This document shows, piece after piece, positions 6,347-15,912 of a DNA stretch of 32,000 bases. The notes below the pieces were generated by a model. The model made no database searches and was not told the DNA's origin. It worked only from the letters and a program-made list of their open reading frames with translations. The first letter of the stretch is position 1; the number at the start of each line of letters is the position of its first letter. The DNA is from Candidatus Methylomirabilis oxygeniifera (lineage in GTDB: Bacteria; Methylomirabilota; Methylomirabilia; Methylomirabilales; Methylomirabilaceae), in contig FP565575.1 of NCBI GenBank assembly GCA_000091165.1, forward strand, positions 2,490,001 to 2,522,000. Direction: 5' to 3'. Made by a program: the position numbers and the translations under genes.

Positions 6347-9322
6347 ATGGTGGAAGAGCCTCAAGTGATCTCAGAAAGAAATCCTGCGATGGGTGTGGAA
6401 GGCTTGAACGCGGCCCAGCAGGCGGCGGTCACGCACGGCGATGGCCCGTTGCTCATCATTGCGGGCGCCGGGACGGGGAAGACCACCGTAATCGCTCACC
6501 GAATCGCCCACCTGATCAACAGCAGGCGGGCCCGGCCGGAACAGGTGCTGGCGCTGACCTTTACCGAGAAGGCGGCGGCGGAGATGGAGCGGCGTGTCGA
6601 CCTGCTGGTTCCGTACGGCTTCACCGATACCTGGATCTCCACCTTCCACGCCTTTGGAGACCGTGTGCTTCGGGAGCACGCCCTAGTGCTGGGGCTGAGT
6701 CCGGACTTCCGCCTGCTGACGGTGCCGGAGCAGGTCATCTTCTTTCAGGAGCATCTGTTCGAGCTTCCATTAGACTATTTCCGGCCGCTCGGTAGTCCGC
6801 TGCGGCATGTGCAGGCGCTGCTTCAACTGTTCAGTCGAGCCAAGGACGAGGATGTCGGCCCTGAGCAGTACGCGAGTTACGCGGAGGAGCTGGTCGGTCG
6901 AGCGACGGCCGCTCCGGACGACAAGACGCTGGCGGAGCAGGCGACGCGGGAGATGGAGATCGCCAGGGTCTACCGGCAGTACCAGGAGCTGATGGCGCGA
7001 GAAGGGAAGCTGGACTTCGGTGATCTGATGGTGCGGACACTGGACTTACTTCGGGAACACCCGCTGGTGCTCCAACGGTTGCAGGAGCGGTTCCGGTATA
7101 TCCTGGTCGATGAGTTCCAGGATACCAACTACGCCCAGTTTCAGATTGTGAAGCTGCTCACGGCCTCCCATCGGAATGTGACGGTGGTGGGGGATGACGA
7201 CCAGTCGATCTTCAAATTTCGAGGGGCCTCGATCAGCAACATCCTCAGCTTCCGCCGTGAGTTTCCTGACGCCGAGACGATCGTCCTTGCAGAGAACTAT
7301 CGCTCGACCTCAAGCGTCCTCGATGCCGCGTACCGTCTGATCCAGCACAACAACCCTGATCGACTGGAGTATCAGGAAGGTGTCGACAAGCGCCTGAAGC
7401 CTTGCAATGGTGACGGCCCGGCCGTTGAGAGCGTAGTCTTCCAGACCTATCAGGAAGAGGCCGACTGGGTGGTCGAAAAGATCGAGGAACTGATCGAGGC
7501 CAAGGCGTGCGCGCTTGGCGACATCGCCATTCTGGTCCGGCGAAACAGCGATGCCGACCCATTGCTCCGAGCACTGAACATGAAGGGAATCCCCTGGAGC
7601 TTCAGCGGGGCGAAGGGTCTGTACGACAGGGATGAGATACGTCTGGTGATCTCGTTCCTCCGCCTACTGGCTGATCCATACGACTCCCTGAGTCTCTTTC
7701 ATCTGGCTGGCTCCGATATCTACGGGTTGCCGGCTGCCGATTTGACCCTCTGCAACGCCCATGCGCGCCGGAAGCATCGCAGTCTCTATGAGGTGTTGCT
7801 CGATCTGACGAGGCGACCAGGCGCTGTGCCCGAGCTGTCCGGGGTCTCGACTGAAGGGATCGCTGCTGCCACGGCCCTCCTGAGTGATTTGCATCGCTAT
7901 CTGGACAAAGCGGCTCGGGAGGTGACGGGACGTATCCTGTACGAGTTCTTGATGGAACAGCCGGGCTACGGCAAGCGACTGCTGCATTCGAACTCCTCGC
8001 GCGATCATCAACGGATCAGCAACCTCGCCGCATTCTTCGGCCTGGTTCAGCGGTTCGGCGAGGTGGCGCCCCAGGACCGCGTGGCCGGCTTTGTTCCGTA
8101 TCTGACGATGCTGATCGAGGCGGGCGAGAACCCGCCCGTTGCGGAGGGTGAGGCGGCAGAGGAAGGGGTGGCCGTGCTCACGCTGCACAAGGCCAAGGGC
8201 CTCGAGTTCGAGGCGGTGTTTCTCGTAGGCCTGGTCGAGAAACGGTTTCCCTCGATCGATCGGCGGGAGGCAATCCCGCTTCCCGATGAGCTGATCAAGG
8301 AGACGCTACCGTCCGGCGACTTTCATCAGCAGGAGGAGCGACGTCTGTTCTACGTTGGCATGACCCGGGCCAAGCGGCACCTGTTCCTCACGCGGGCGAA
8401 AGATTACGGGACAAAGCGGGAGTGGAAGCGTAGCCGGTTCCTGGCGGAGGCGCTGGCCCTGCCGAGAGAGGAGGAAGAGCAGCCCTGGCGAGGGACGGCA
8501 GAGGCGGTCATAGGTCGATACGCGCCGCCGCCCCAGGTCGCCATCGATCTTGCGATCCGGGCTGACACCCCGCTCAGCCTCTCGCACTATCAGATCGATG
8601 ACTATCTGACCTGCCCGTTGAAATACAAATATGTCCATATCCTGCGGGTGCCTGTGCTCAGAGAGCATACGATCATCTACGGCGCCGCGCTGCATCGGGC
8701 CGTTCAGGCGTATAATACCCAACGGCTTACCGGGCAAACAATGTCGCTTGACGATCTGATCAAATCGTTTGAAGCCCACTGGGTCAATGAAGGGTTCATC
8801 TCCCGGGAACACGAGGAGCGGCGAATGCAGGAAGGTCGGGATGCCCTGACCCGCTTCCATGCCGGTGCCGCGAAGGGACCGCTGCCGACGTCGGTCGAGA
8901 AACGATTCCGGTTCCAGCTCGGTGACGATCTCGTCACCGGTATTATGGATCGGGTAGATGAGCGTGAGGGTGAGACCGTAATTATCGACTATAAGTCGTC
9001 GTCGGTCCGGGACCAAAAAGCGGCAGACAAAGAGGCCCGGGAGAGCCAGCAACTTGCGCTGTATGCGCTGGCCTACCGGGAATCGATCGGCCGGTTGCCG
9101 GATCGGGTGGAGTTGCATTTCCTGACCCCCGGCGGCGTCATCGTCGGGCAGGCGGTGAAAAAGGAAAAAGATCTCGATCAGGCGGTCGAACGGGTTCGGG
9201 CGGCTGCAACCGGGATTCGGGCAGGTCTCTTTCAGGCGACCCCCAGTCAGTGGGTCTGCAGCTTCTGCGCCTTCAGGACCATCTGTCCTGCCACCGTGTG
9301 GATCGGGGAGCACCAGGGATGA
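6347..9322 (+). CDS. UvrD/Rep-family SF1 helicase with C-terminal PD-(D/E)XK nuclease domain and Fe-S-type cysteines
   Basis: AGAGTGKTTVI Walker A, ILVDEFQDTNYAQF, VVGDDDQSIFKFRGA, LTLHKAKGLEFEAVFLVGL, YVGMTRAKRHLFL; C-terminal ALHRAVQAY, VIIDYKSS, and C(LTC)...WVCSFCAFRTIC cysteines. Confidence 0.9.
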   Translation: MVEEPQVISERNPAMGVEGLNAAQQAAVTHGDGPLLIIAGAGTGKTTVIAHRIAHLINSRRARPEQVLALTFTEKAAAEMERRVDLLVPYGFTDTWISTFHAFGDRVLREHALVLGLSPDFRLLTVPEQVIFFQEHLFELPLDYFRPLGSPLRHVQALLQLFSRAKDEDVGPEQYASYAEELVGRATAAPDDKTLAEQATREMEIARVYRQYQELMAREGKLDFGDLMVRTLDLLREHPLVLQRLQERFRYILVDEFQDTNYAQFQIVKLLTASHRNVTVVGDDDQSIFKFRGASISNILSFRREFPDAETIVLAENYRSTSSVLDAAYRLIQHNNPDRLEYQEGVDKRLKPCNGDGPAVESVVFQTYQEEADWVVEKIEELIEAKACALGDIAILVRRNSDADPLLRALNMKGIPWSFSGAKGLYDRDEIRLVISFLRLLADPYDSLSLFHLAGSDIYGLPAADLTLCNAHARRKHRSLYEVLLDLTRRPGAVPELSGVSTEGIAAATALLSDLHRYLDKAAREVTGRILYEFLMEQPGYGKRLLHSNSSRDHQRISNLAAFFGLVQRFGEVAPQDRVAGFVPYLTMLIEAGENPPVAEGEAAEEGVAVLTLHKAKGLEFEAVFLVGLVEKRFPSIDRREAIPLPDELIKETLPSGDFHQQEERRLFYVGMTRAKRHLFLTRAKDYGTKREWKRSRFLAEALALPREEEEQPWRGTAEAVIGRYAPPPQVAIDLAIRADTPLSLSHYQIDDYLTCPLKYKYVHILRVPVLREHTIIYGAALHRAVQAYNTQRLTGQTMSLDDLIKSFEAHWVNEGFISREHEERRMQEGRDALTRFHAGAAKGPLPTSVEKRFRFQLGDDLVTGIMDRVDEREGETVIIDYKSSSVRDQKAADKEARESQQLALYALAYRESIGRLPDRVELHFLTPGGVIVGQAVKKEKDLDQAVERVRAAATGIRAGLFQATPSQWVCSFCAFRTICPATVWIGEHQG
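6401..6706 (+). repeat. right copy of ~306-bp direct repeat (inside intact uvrD-like gene)
   Basis: Pairs with 1095-1402. Confidence 0.9.
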
Positions 9323-9915
9323 AGATCGGTATCGACCTCGATGATGTCCTGGCCGATTCGCTCCCGCATTTTACGCAGGCGTTTAATAGGCATTTTGACC
9401 TTGATATTGAACTGCCTGATGCCGCGTGGCGGATCGCCGACCGGTTTCCCCAGATTTCTAGGCGAGAGGCCGACGACTTCTTCACAGAACTGATCGAGAG
9501 CGGTTTTTTCTCATCCAGATCGCTTATCCCCCACGCTAAAGAAGCGGTGGAAACATTGGTTGACGGCGGCCATGATCTGTATATCATCACCGGTCGGACC
9601 CCGCGAGATGAGCGAATTACGATGGACTGGCTGGCGCGCGTCGGCGTACGGTCTTACTTTGAGGCGGTTGTGCACAGGACGTGCGACCCGGTGGAGCGCC
9701 ACAAGGCGGATGTCGCATCAGGATTAGCGCTCAGTCTCTTCATTGAGGATGAGTTGACGGTAGCCCTGACGGTCGCGGAGACCGCTATCCCGGTCCTGTT
9801 GTTCGATCGCCCATGGAATCAGAGTCCGCTTCCCGGCAACGTGCGCCGGGTCGAGTCATGGCATGAGGCGCTGACGCAAATTGCCGAACTGAACGGCGGC
9901 AATGGACACCAATAG
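9319..9915 (+). CDS. HAD-superfamily 5'(3')-deoxyribonucleotidase-like protein (NT5C/YqfW type)
   Basis: MKIGIDLDDVLADSLPHFTQAFN, YIITGRTPRDE, LFIEDE; ATG overlaps the helicase stop (ATGA). Confidence 0.75.
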   Translation: MKIGIDLDDVLADSLPHFTQAFNRHFDLDIELPDAAWRIADRFPQISRREADDFFTELIESGFFSSRSLIPHAKEAVETLVDGGHDLYIITGRTPRDERITMDWLARVGVRSYFEAVVHRTCDPVERHKADVASGLALSLFIEDELTVALTVAETAIPVLLFDRPWNQSPLPGNVRRVESWHEALTQIAELNGGNGHQ

Positions 9916-10005
9916 TCTCGCCCTCCGCTTGCCTCTCATGCTCCAGTATGCTAGCGTACAACTGTTCTGCGGAAAATCTCTCCCTTCACGCGAATAGAGG
10001 ATGAC

Positions 10006-10860
10006 ATGAGCGGCGACACAGACGAACCGGCGAGGACGATCGGCCCGATCCTGCAGGAAGCCAGAACGGCAAAGGGTCTCACGATCGAAGCGGCTGCGGC
10101 AGGCAGTAAGGTTCCCCTGTCCTTCGTCCGGTTGTTGGAGCAGGAGCAGTTTCATCTGGTTCCCGATTCATTGTACCTCACCAGATTTCTGACGGAATAT
10201 GCCGTCTTTCTCAGCCTTGATCCCAAGCAGCTCTTAGCACATTTAAAGGAGCAGGTGGATTCCGCCAGACTGAGGGAGGCGCCACATCCGACGTCAACAA
10301 TAGGCTCTCGGACTGATCTTCGTCGTCTGCTGATCTATCTACTGCCTGCGGTGGCCGTCATTCCCCTGATCTTTATCGGGCTCTCCCTTTTCTCCGGCCC
10401 GTCGCCAACAGTGTCGCCGGTTCAGCAATCGGAGGCGCCGGCGCCTCAGGGGGCGTTCACACCGACTCCGGAGGCCGTAACTGTCATTCCGCCAGACCCT
10501 CAAGCTGTCTCCTCCGCTCCAGAGCAGCCACAAGAGTCGACCCCGGCCCGCCAAGCCGTTACTCTCCAGGCGCAGGAGCCTCAGGTCACCCCTTCCCGAT
10601 ACAGGCTGCGGGCTGAGGCGAAGGAGACAACCTGGATTGGGGTTGCAGCAGACGGGGCACCTCGGAAACAGGCCCTGTTACGTCCGGGCGAGACGGCGTC
10701 GTGGTCGGCAAATAATGGATTTGTTGTGACCATCGGCAATGTCGGAGGGGTGGCCCTTATGCTGAATGGTCGGCCGGTTCCGCTGAAGGGGGCGCGGGGC
10801 CAGGTCATCCAGAATCTTGCCATACCTGAGAACGGCGAGCCGCCTCCCGCAAGGCAGTAA
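10006..10860 (+). CDS. RodZ-like protein: N-terminal HTH, one TM helix, C-terminal DUF4115-like domain
   Basis: IGPILQEARTAKGLTIEAAAAGSKVPLSFVRLLEQEQFHLVPDSLYLTRFLTEYAVFLSLD; TM LLIYLLPAVAVIPLIFIGLSLF; C-terminal TTWIGVAADG..LLRPGETASWSA. Confidence 0.75.
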   Translation: MSGDTDEPARTIGPILQEARTAKGLTIEAAAAGSKVPLSFVRLLEQEQFHLVPDSLYLTRFLTEYAVFLSLDPKQLLAHLKEQVDSARLREAPHPTSTIGSRTDLRRLLIYLLPAVAVIPLIFIGLSLFSGPSPTVSPVQQSEAPAPQGAFTPTPEAVTVIPPDPQAVSSAPEQPQESTPARQAVTLQAQEPQVTPSRYRLRAEAKETTWIGVAADGAPRKQALLRPGETASWSANNGFVVTIGNVGGVALMLNGRPVPLKGARGQVIQNLAIPENGEPPPARQ

Positions 10861-10861
10861 G

Positions 10862-11821
10862 ATGGGGATCGGAATGAATCCGGGTATCGCTCACGATCAT
10901 GGGGATTTCGTGAGTCGGCGTTTGCAGATCGGGATCGTCCTGAACCTTCTATTTGCCTTGGCGGAATTGGTAGCAGGCCTGACTGCCGGCAGCCTCGCGC
11001 TCATAGGCGATGCGTGGCATAACTTCAGCGACGTCATCGGGCTAGCCATTTCATGGATCGCGCTTCGGCAGATGGAGCGCCCTGCCAACGAACGCAAGAC
11101 ATTCGGCTATCACCGGGCTAGTATCCTCGCCGCCCTCGCCAACGGGATTGCGCTGATCGGTATCACCCTGTGGCTGTTCTATGCGGCTATCAATCGGCTG
11201 GGGTCCCAGGTTGTACCGGAGGCGCCCATCATGATGGCGGTGGCAGGGATCGGGTTTCTGATCAATGTTGGGGTTGCCCTGTCGCTTCGGCGCGGAACCC
11301 GGGATCTCAACATCCGCAGCGCTTTTCTGCACCTGCTGAGCGATGGGTTCGTGTCGCTTGGCGTCGTGGCGGCCGGAGTCGTCATCCTGCTTACCGGTTG
11401 GGGTCCGATCGATTCACTCCTGAGCGTCGTCATTGGACTGTTGGTCCTGGTTGGCTGCTGGGACATCGTGGCGGAGACCGTCAATGTGTTGATGGAGGGC
11501 GTTCCGCGTGGGGTCCAGATGGATCGCCTCTTACGGGCGGTACGCAGCTTCCCGGAGGTCCAGAATGTGCACGACCTGCATGTCTGGAGCCTCAGCTCTC
11601 ATGTCTATGCTATGAGCTGTCACCTCCAGGTAACTGATCTCCAGACCAGTCAGGGAACTCGGCTGCTCGATCGGATCAGTCACATGCTGAAGGAACGCTT
11701 CGGCATCGCTCATACAACGTTCCAGCTTGAGGCTGAGGCCTGCACGCTTGAGCAGGCCTGTAACCTCAATTCCTCAGACAATCGCAGTCAGCCGTCAGCG
11801 CTCAGCGGTCAGCCTCGGTAA
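10862..11821 (+). CDS. cation diffusion facilitator (CDF) family metal transporter
   Basis: GIVLNLLFALAELVAGLTAGSLALIGDAWHNFSDVIGLAISWIA..., DLHVWSLSSHVYAMSCHLQV; CzcD-like. Confidence 0.9.
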   Translation: MGIGMNPGIAHDHGDFVSRRLQIGIVLNLLFALAELVAGLTAGSLALIGDAWHNFSDVIGLAISWIALRQMERPANERKTFGYHRASILAALANGIALIGITLWLFYAAINRLGSQVVPEAPIMMAVAGIGFLINVGVALSLRRGTRDLNIRSAFLHLLSDGFVSLGVVAAGVVILLTGWGPIDSLLSVVIGLLVLVGCWDIVAETVNVLMEGVPRGVQMDRLLRAVRSFPEVQNVHDLHVWSLSSHVYAMSCHLQVTDLQTSQGTRLLDRISHMLKERFGIAHTTFQLEAEACTLEQACNLNSSDNRSQPSALSGQPR

Positions 11822-11962
11822 GGCAGATTCACCCGCTTTTTCCTTTCCTCTCTCCAGCCAACCGTTCTTTTCTCGCGCCGTGGGCGTATTCAGCGACTCG
11901 GTAGCCTCGATCCAGTTTTCGATCTGCTCCTCAATCCAGCAAGCAACGTTTGGATGCGACAT
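11795..11962 (-). CDS. possible small protein (55 aa)
   Basis: MSHPNVACWIEEQIENWIEATESLNTPTAREKNGWLERGKEKAGESALPRLTAER; below the ORF-track length threshold, in otherwise empty space, and overlaps the 3' end of the CDF gene. Confidence 0.3.
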   Translation of the reverse strand: MSHPNVACWIEEQIENWIEATESLNTPTAREKNGWLERGKEKAGESALPRLTAER

Positions 11963-12070
11963 AATACCTTAATCGTTCAGGGTGTGATCGAGTTCGGTAA
12001 GCAATTTCCCGTAGGAGCCAGTCCCTTTTCACTCAGTGACCGTAAACAATGCCAGGATCTTTTTCATCTC

Positions 12071-12583
12071 TCATTCCACCTTTCGAAGATCGTCCCGATA
12101 GGCGTTGGGAACTTTCATGTACAGCGCACCGAGAACGGAGACGATCAGCGCTGCCATGGTGGTCTGGAGGAGAAGGAAGGCGCCGATCTTGAGATAGGCG
12201 AAGGAGGGGTGCGCAAACCGGATCAACCAGCCCGCGGCCTCGTTGGAAATCGCGGACACGAAGGTCAGGTGTATCAGCCAGATCTTGGTCAGAGGCCTGA
12301 AGGGCACGAACAGCACGAGGTGGCTCAGCGTCAGGATGAAGACGCCCATCGCCAGGAGATGGAAATGACTGATTTCGAGCAAGACCTTATAACTGCGAGG
12401 CGGCATGAACTGCGCCTCGGACCCCCCGTAGTGAGCGACGACGGACTCGTAATTAAGCCCCATCTGATTAAAGAAGAACAATGCGTTGGTGAGCCACAGG
12501 CCCGCGCTGTAAAAGAGAAACCACAGAATGATGGCGCGAAGCAGCCGGTTCTGGGTCCACTCTCCGGTGACGACGAAACGCAT
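12071..12583 (-). CDS. integral membrane protein, four predicted TM helices, several His in helices; possible redox partner
   Basis: LLRAIILWFLFYSAGLWLTNALFFF..., LLEISHFHLLAMGVFILTLSHLVLF, IWLIHLTFVSAISNEAAGWLIRFAHP...; abuts the FMN-binding gene. Confidence 0.7.
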   Translation of the reverse strand: MRFVVTGEWTQNRLLRAIILWFLFYSAGLWLTNALFFFNQMGLNYESVVAHYGGSEAQFMPPRSYKVLLEISHFHLLAMGVFILTLSHLVLFVPFRPLTKIWLIHLTFVSAISNEAAGWLIRFAHPSFAYLKIGAFLLLQTTMAALIVSVLGALYMKVPNAYRDDLRKVE

Positions 12584-13128
12584 TACCGTTCTCCTTTTGC
12601 GATCAGCACCTGATAAAGCGCCAGCACCTTGCGTACCGACGTGGTCATCGCCCGAGCGGTCAACGTCGCCCCGGTGATTCCCGCAATCTTGCCTCCCACC
12701 CGGAGATCCGGGGTGAGCCTTACCTGATCGAACTGCTTGAGCCAGCGCTCATTCGGAAGGTAATCCAGAGGCTCATAAAAGGCCAGGATGAGTGTGGAGG
12801 ACACCCGTCCGTCCGGAGTGAATACGACCATGACAGCCTCAGGTAGGGTCCGTACCGTGTGCGCGTCGATCATCGCATAGCCGAGCAGCTTCTGGCCTCG
12901 TTTTCCTATGTATATCGTCACTAGTTTGGAATCCAACGGCGTTCGCGCGAGGGTCTCGACCTGCTTTTTCTGGTCGTCTGTCAGAAAAAATACTTGGCTC
13001 TCGATGACGTCGGCTTCCGGAAACGCCGCTCGGATAGCCTCATCCTTCGCGTAAAATACCTTGGCGGTCAGGTCGGCCGGCGCTGTGAAGGCCAGCACGA
13101 TGAGTATCAGGATGATCACGACACGCAT
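12583..13128 (-). CDS. FMN-binding domain protein (RnfG/NqrC-like)
   Basis: Signal peptide MRVVIILILIVLAFTAPADLTA; GKIAGITGATLTARAMTTSVRK contains a [S/T]GAT flavinylation-type motif. Confidence 0.8.
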   Translation of the reverse strand: MRVVIILILIVLAFTAPADLTAKVFYAKDEAIRAAFPEADVIESQVFFLTDDQKKQVETLARTPLDSKLVTIYIGKRGQKLLGYAMIDAHTVRTLPEAVMVVFTPDGRVSSTLILAFYEPLDYLPNERWLKQFDQVRLTPDLRVGGKIAGITGATLTARAMTTSVRKVLALYQVLIAKGER

Positions 13129-13233
13129 TCGCCTTGTCCTTGAGGTAAGGGGTGACGGGGGCCTGCAAGGCGGGCTACCATGCCGCCTCGTGGCCCCCGC
13201 GAATACCCATTGTATCAACCTCTTTGACGCCGA

Positions 13234-14685
13234 CTAAAAGTTGAAACCGAGACCTACATTGATCTCGTCTGCAACCTTTCCCTCCGCAGCCCAGAGGTTG
13301 CGATAATCGAACTTGAGTACCACGTTCGGGACAGGCTTGAAGTTGAAGCCGGCATTAATGACCTGAATGTCTTTTGTCTCATCAGAGGTGAAGCCGGACG
13401 GGACATCAGCCTGGGTGTCGATCCGCTCATACCGAATAAAGGGAGCCAGATACATCTCGGTCTCGGGGAAGATGAGCGGCAGGATGTCATAGCCGGCCTC
13501 CACATACCCGCCCATGATCCGGCTGCTGATGGGTTGCTTCAAGTCGATGCTCAAGGTGCGGGCATCGCTGATGTTCCCCTGAGCGTACAGCGTACGGAGC
13601 CGTAGCCCTCGATACTCATACTCGGCATGAGCTTCGAAAAGCGTGAGGTTCGGATTGACCTTTTTCTTTTTTGAAGCCGTCGGATCTGCGCTCGTCTCAA
13701 ACAGTTGGTCTTGTCCGGTCTCGCCCCAGAAGAACGATCCCCCGACCTGGAGGCCAGGGATAGGGCTGTAATCGAGGCGACCGGTCCAGGCCACGTCTTC
13801 CATCAGGGCTCGGTTCCCATTTTGCCGGGCTCCTCGGATGTCGGTGCTGGTAAAGCCTTTGGCGTTCAGACTGTTTGTGACATAGGTCCGGTAGGTCAGA
13901 CCGGGGAGGATGGTGCCGTGAAGCCCTACCCCCAGCTCCCGCCAGGTGGACGGGATGATCCGCCGCTCCACCTCCGGACGCAGGTTTCCGAAATAGTAGG
14001 GAGGCTCGTGGATCTCGTTGAGGTATCCCATCGGCATCAGGAGCAGCCCCGCTCTGATGTTCGCCCAATCGGTCAGGAGGAAGTCCAGGTTGGCAAATTC
14101 CACACTGACTGAGCCGCCGCTGGAGGACTTGGTTGACGAAGTCGTGCCGTGCTCAAATTCGATCTCCGAGTTCATAATGATCCGGTCGGTGAACTTATAC
14201 CCGATATAGGTGACGAAGCGGTACATGTCGGCGGTATCTTTCTTTTTGGCGTTCTCCGGCACGTCGTTGTCGGCGATGTAGAAAGTACCGCTGGCCTCGC
14301 CGTAGCCGCCGATCGACAGCCCCCTGGGAAGCTGATAGACCTTCGATGCCGAAGGACCCAGACCGTAACGGCTCTTGAGTTCCACCGTTTCGGGCAGCAA
14401 GTACCTCCTCTTAATTGCCTCGAGTTCCTCGGCGAGAATGCTGGTCTTTCGCTCCTGTTCTTCTCCTCGCTTCACCTCTTTGGTCGCGCGTTCCTTCTCG
14501 GCCATCTCGATTTCCCTCATCCTTCGGTCCTGCTCCTGCTTGTCCTGCTTAAGCTGTTCGATTTGCGTCTGCAGCTCCTTCAGTTGCCTTTCCAGAACTT
14601 CTAATGGTGGTGGCGCTGCGACCGCCATGATGGGCCAGGCGATCCCGATCATCAATGCGGCCGTGAGACATCGCAACCGCTTCAT
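13234..14685 (-). CDS. outer-membrane porin-like beta-barrel with N-terminal coiled coil
   Basis: Signal peptide, coiled-coil LEVLERQLKELQTQIEQLKQDKQEQDRRMREIE, then alternating strands with C-terminal GLGFNF. Confidence 0.75.
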   Translation of the reverse strand: MKRLRCLTAALMIGIAWPIMAVAAPPPLEVLERQLKELQTQIEQLKQDKQEQDRRMREIEMAEKERATKEVKRGEEQERKTSILAEELEAIKRRYLLPETVELKSRYGLGPSASKVYQLPRGLSIGGYGEASGTFYIADNDVPENAKKKDTADMYRFVTYIGYKFTDRIIMNSEIEFEHGTTSSTKSSSGGSVSVEFANLDFLLTDWANIRAGLLLMPMGYLNEIHEPPYYFGNLRPEVERRIIPSTWRELGVGLHGTILPGLTYRTYVTNSLNAKGFTSTDIRGARQNGNRALMEDVAWTGRLDYSPIPGLQVGGSFFWGETGQDQLFETSADPTASKKKKVNPNLTLFEAHAEYEYRGLRLRTLYAQGNISDARTLSIDLKQPISSRIMGGYVEAGYDILPLIFPETEMYLAPFIRYERIDTQADVPSGFTSDETKDIQVINAGFNFKPVPNVVLKFDYRNLWAAEGKVADEINVGLGFNF

Positions 14686-14788
14686 CCTCTCCTCCTTTTG
14701 ACTGTGTCGTCACATGTGTGGGTCGGCAGATCCTCGTTCAGGCAAGACGGCGCACGTGTCATCGACATCTCCTTTCTATGCGAGCAGG

Positions 14789-15904
14789 TTACCCTTCAAG
14801 TTCAGCAAAGCGATCCAGAAGTTCCACCCGACCGCGAAGCCCCGGCGTGATCTGCACCGAGACCTTCTCCGGATGGCGAGCGAGCGGGTTGACCACGATT
14901 CCTTCGACCCCGCGCACGCGCTGGATAAAATCCATCGCGCCTGTCCCGTGGACCATGGCAGCAGTAGCCAGAGCGTCGGCGCGTATCGCGCTCCGGGCGA
15001 TGACGGTGGCGCTCAGTGCGGTATCCGCCGGCGTTCCGGCTCTCGGGTGCAGCAGATGTCCATACTGCCGCCCGTCAACGGTGACGTAGCGAAAGTAATT
15101 GCCGGATGTTGCCACCGCCGCATCCTCAACCAGCACCGAGAGCAACAGCCTCGAAGAAGCAAGGGGATGCCGCAGGCCGATCTTCCAGATATCGCCGTCC
15201 CGGTTGCGGCCGACAACTCGCAGGTCGCCCCCCGCGTCGATCAACCCGCCGTGTACGCCGTCATGCCTCAATGTCTCTGCGGCGACATCGACGGCATACC
15301 CCTTCGCGATCCCTCCCAGATCGATACCCATCCCGGCGCGCTGCAGCCGAACGCTGCGATTGTCAGGGTCAAGCGACAGCCCATCATGGCCCACCAGGCC
15401 GAGTGTCGCCTCGATCGCCTGCGATGACGGAAGCCGGCCTTCCTTCGTCGTGCCGTGCCAAAGCTGTACCAACGGGTGGATGGTGACATCAAAGGCCCCG
15501 CCACTTGTCAGCCCTATACGCTCAGCCTCTGTCAGGACAGTGAAGGTCTCCTGCCCGACTGCGACCGCGCGTGTGGCGGCCACGCGGTTCACCAAGCCGA
15601 TCTCACTGTCGTATCGAAAGACGGTCATCAGGCGATCTACGTTCTCCATCCGCTGAAGGCCTGCCTCGATCGCGCTTCTGGCGATCGAAGGGTCGGGGTG
15701 ATTCGCCTCGATCTCCACGACCGTGCCCATAAGCACACGACCGAGGGTCAGCGTGCGCATCTTCGAGTTGCCCCGTGCCGTTCCGGGCGAGAGCAACCCA
15801 AAGAGCATTCCCCCGGCGCCTCCCGCGATCGCCGCAAGGAACCGTCTGCGGCTGAGGCCACACTCATCAAGGATCGTCAGATCGCGTCGGCTCACGTGTG
15901 ACAA
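14789..15904 (-). CDS. apbE: ApbE-family FAD:protein FMN transferase with Tat-type signal
   Basis: SRRRFLAAIAGGAGG Tat motif; RVLMGTVVEIEA, GGAFDVTIHPLVQLW, GIDLGGIAKGYAVDVAAETL, GGLIDAGGDLRVVG, HLLHPRAGTP, SALSATVIARSAIRADALATAAMVHG. Confidence 0.92.
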   Translation of the reverse strand: MSHVSRRDLTILDECGLSRRRFLAAIAGGAGGMLFGLLSPGTARGNSKMRTLTLGRVLMGTVVEIEANHPDPSIARSAIEAGLQRMENVDRLMTVFRYDSEIGLVNRVAATRAVAVGQETFTVLTEAERIGLTSGGAFDVTIHPLVQLWHGTTKEGRLPSSQAIEATLGLVGHDGLSLDPDNRSVRLQRAGMGIDLGGIAKGYAVDVAAETLRHDGVHGGLIDAGGDLRVVGRNRDGDIWKIGLRHPLASSRLLLSVLVEDAAVATSGNYFRYVTVDGRQYGHLLHPRAGTPADTALSATVIARSAIRADALATAAMVHGTGAMDFIQRVRGVEGIVVNPLARHPEKVSVQITPGLRGRVELLDRFAELEG

Positions 15905-15912
15905 CCTCCTCG

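Noticed and set aside
6310-6795. 161-aa plus-strand ORF overlapping the helicase start
   Set aside because: Out-of-frame translation of the real uvrD-like gene (MAWLSDYKG...RLERGPAGGGHARR); same artefact as the 941-1459 ORF.
8306-9313. 335-aa minus-strand ORF
   Set aside because: Antisense to the helicase-nuclease C-terminus, which has clear family motifs; composition is a GC-rich shadow frame.
12033-12071. MKKILALFTVTE* resembles the multicopper oxidase C-terminus (MMALFTVTE) and might be a remnant duplication
   Set aside because: Only about 14-16 nt are shared, too short to distinguish from chance.
11954-12613. 219-aa plus-strand ORF
   Set aside because: Antisense to the well-supported four-TM membrane protein; no recognisable motifs.
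14714-15427. 237-aa plus-strand ORF
   Set aside because: Antisense shadow of apbE.
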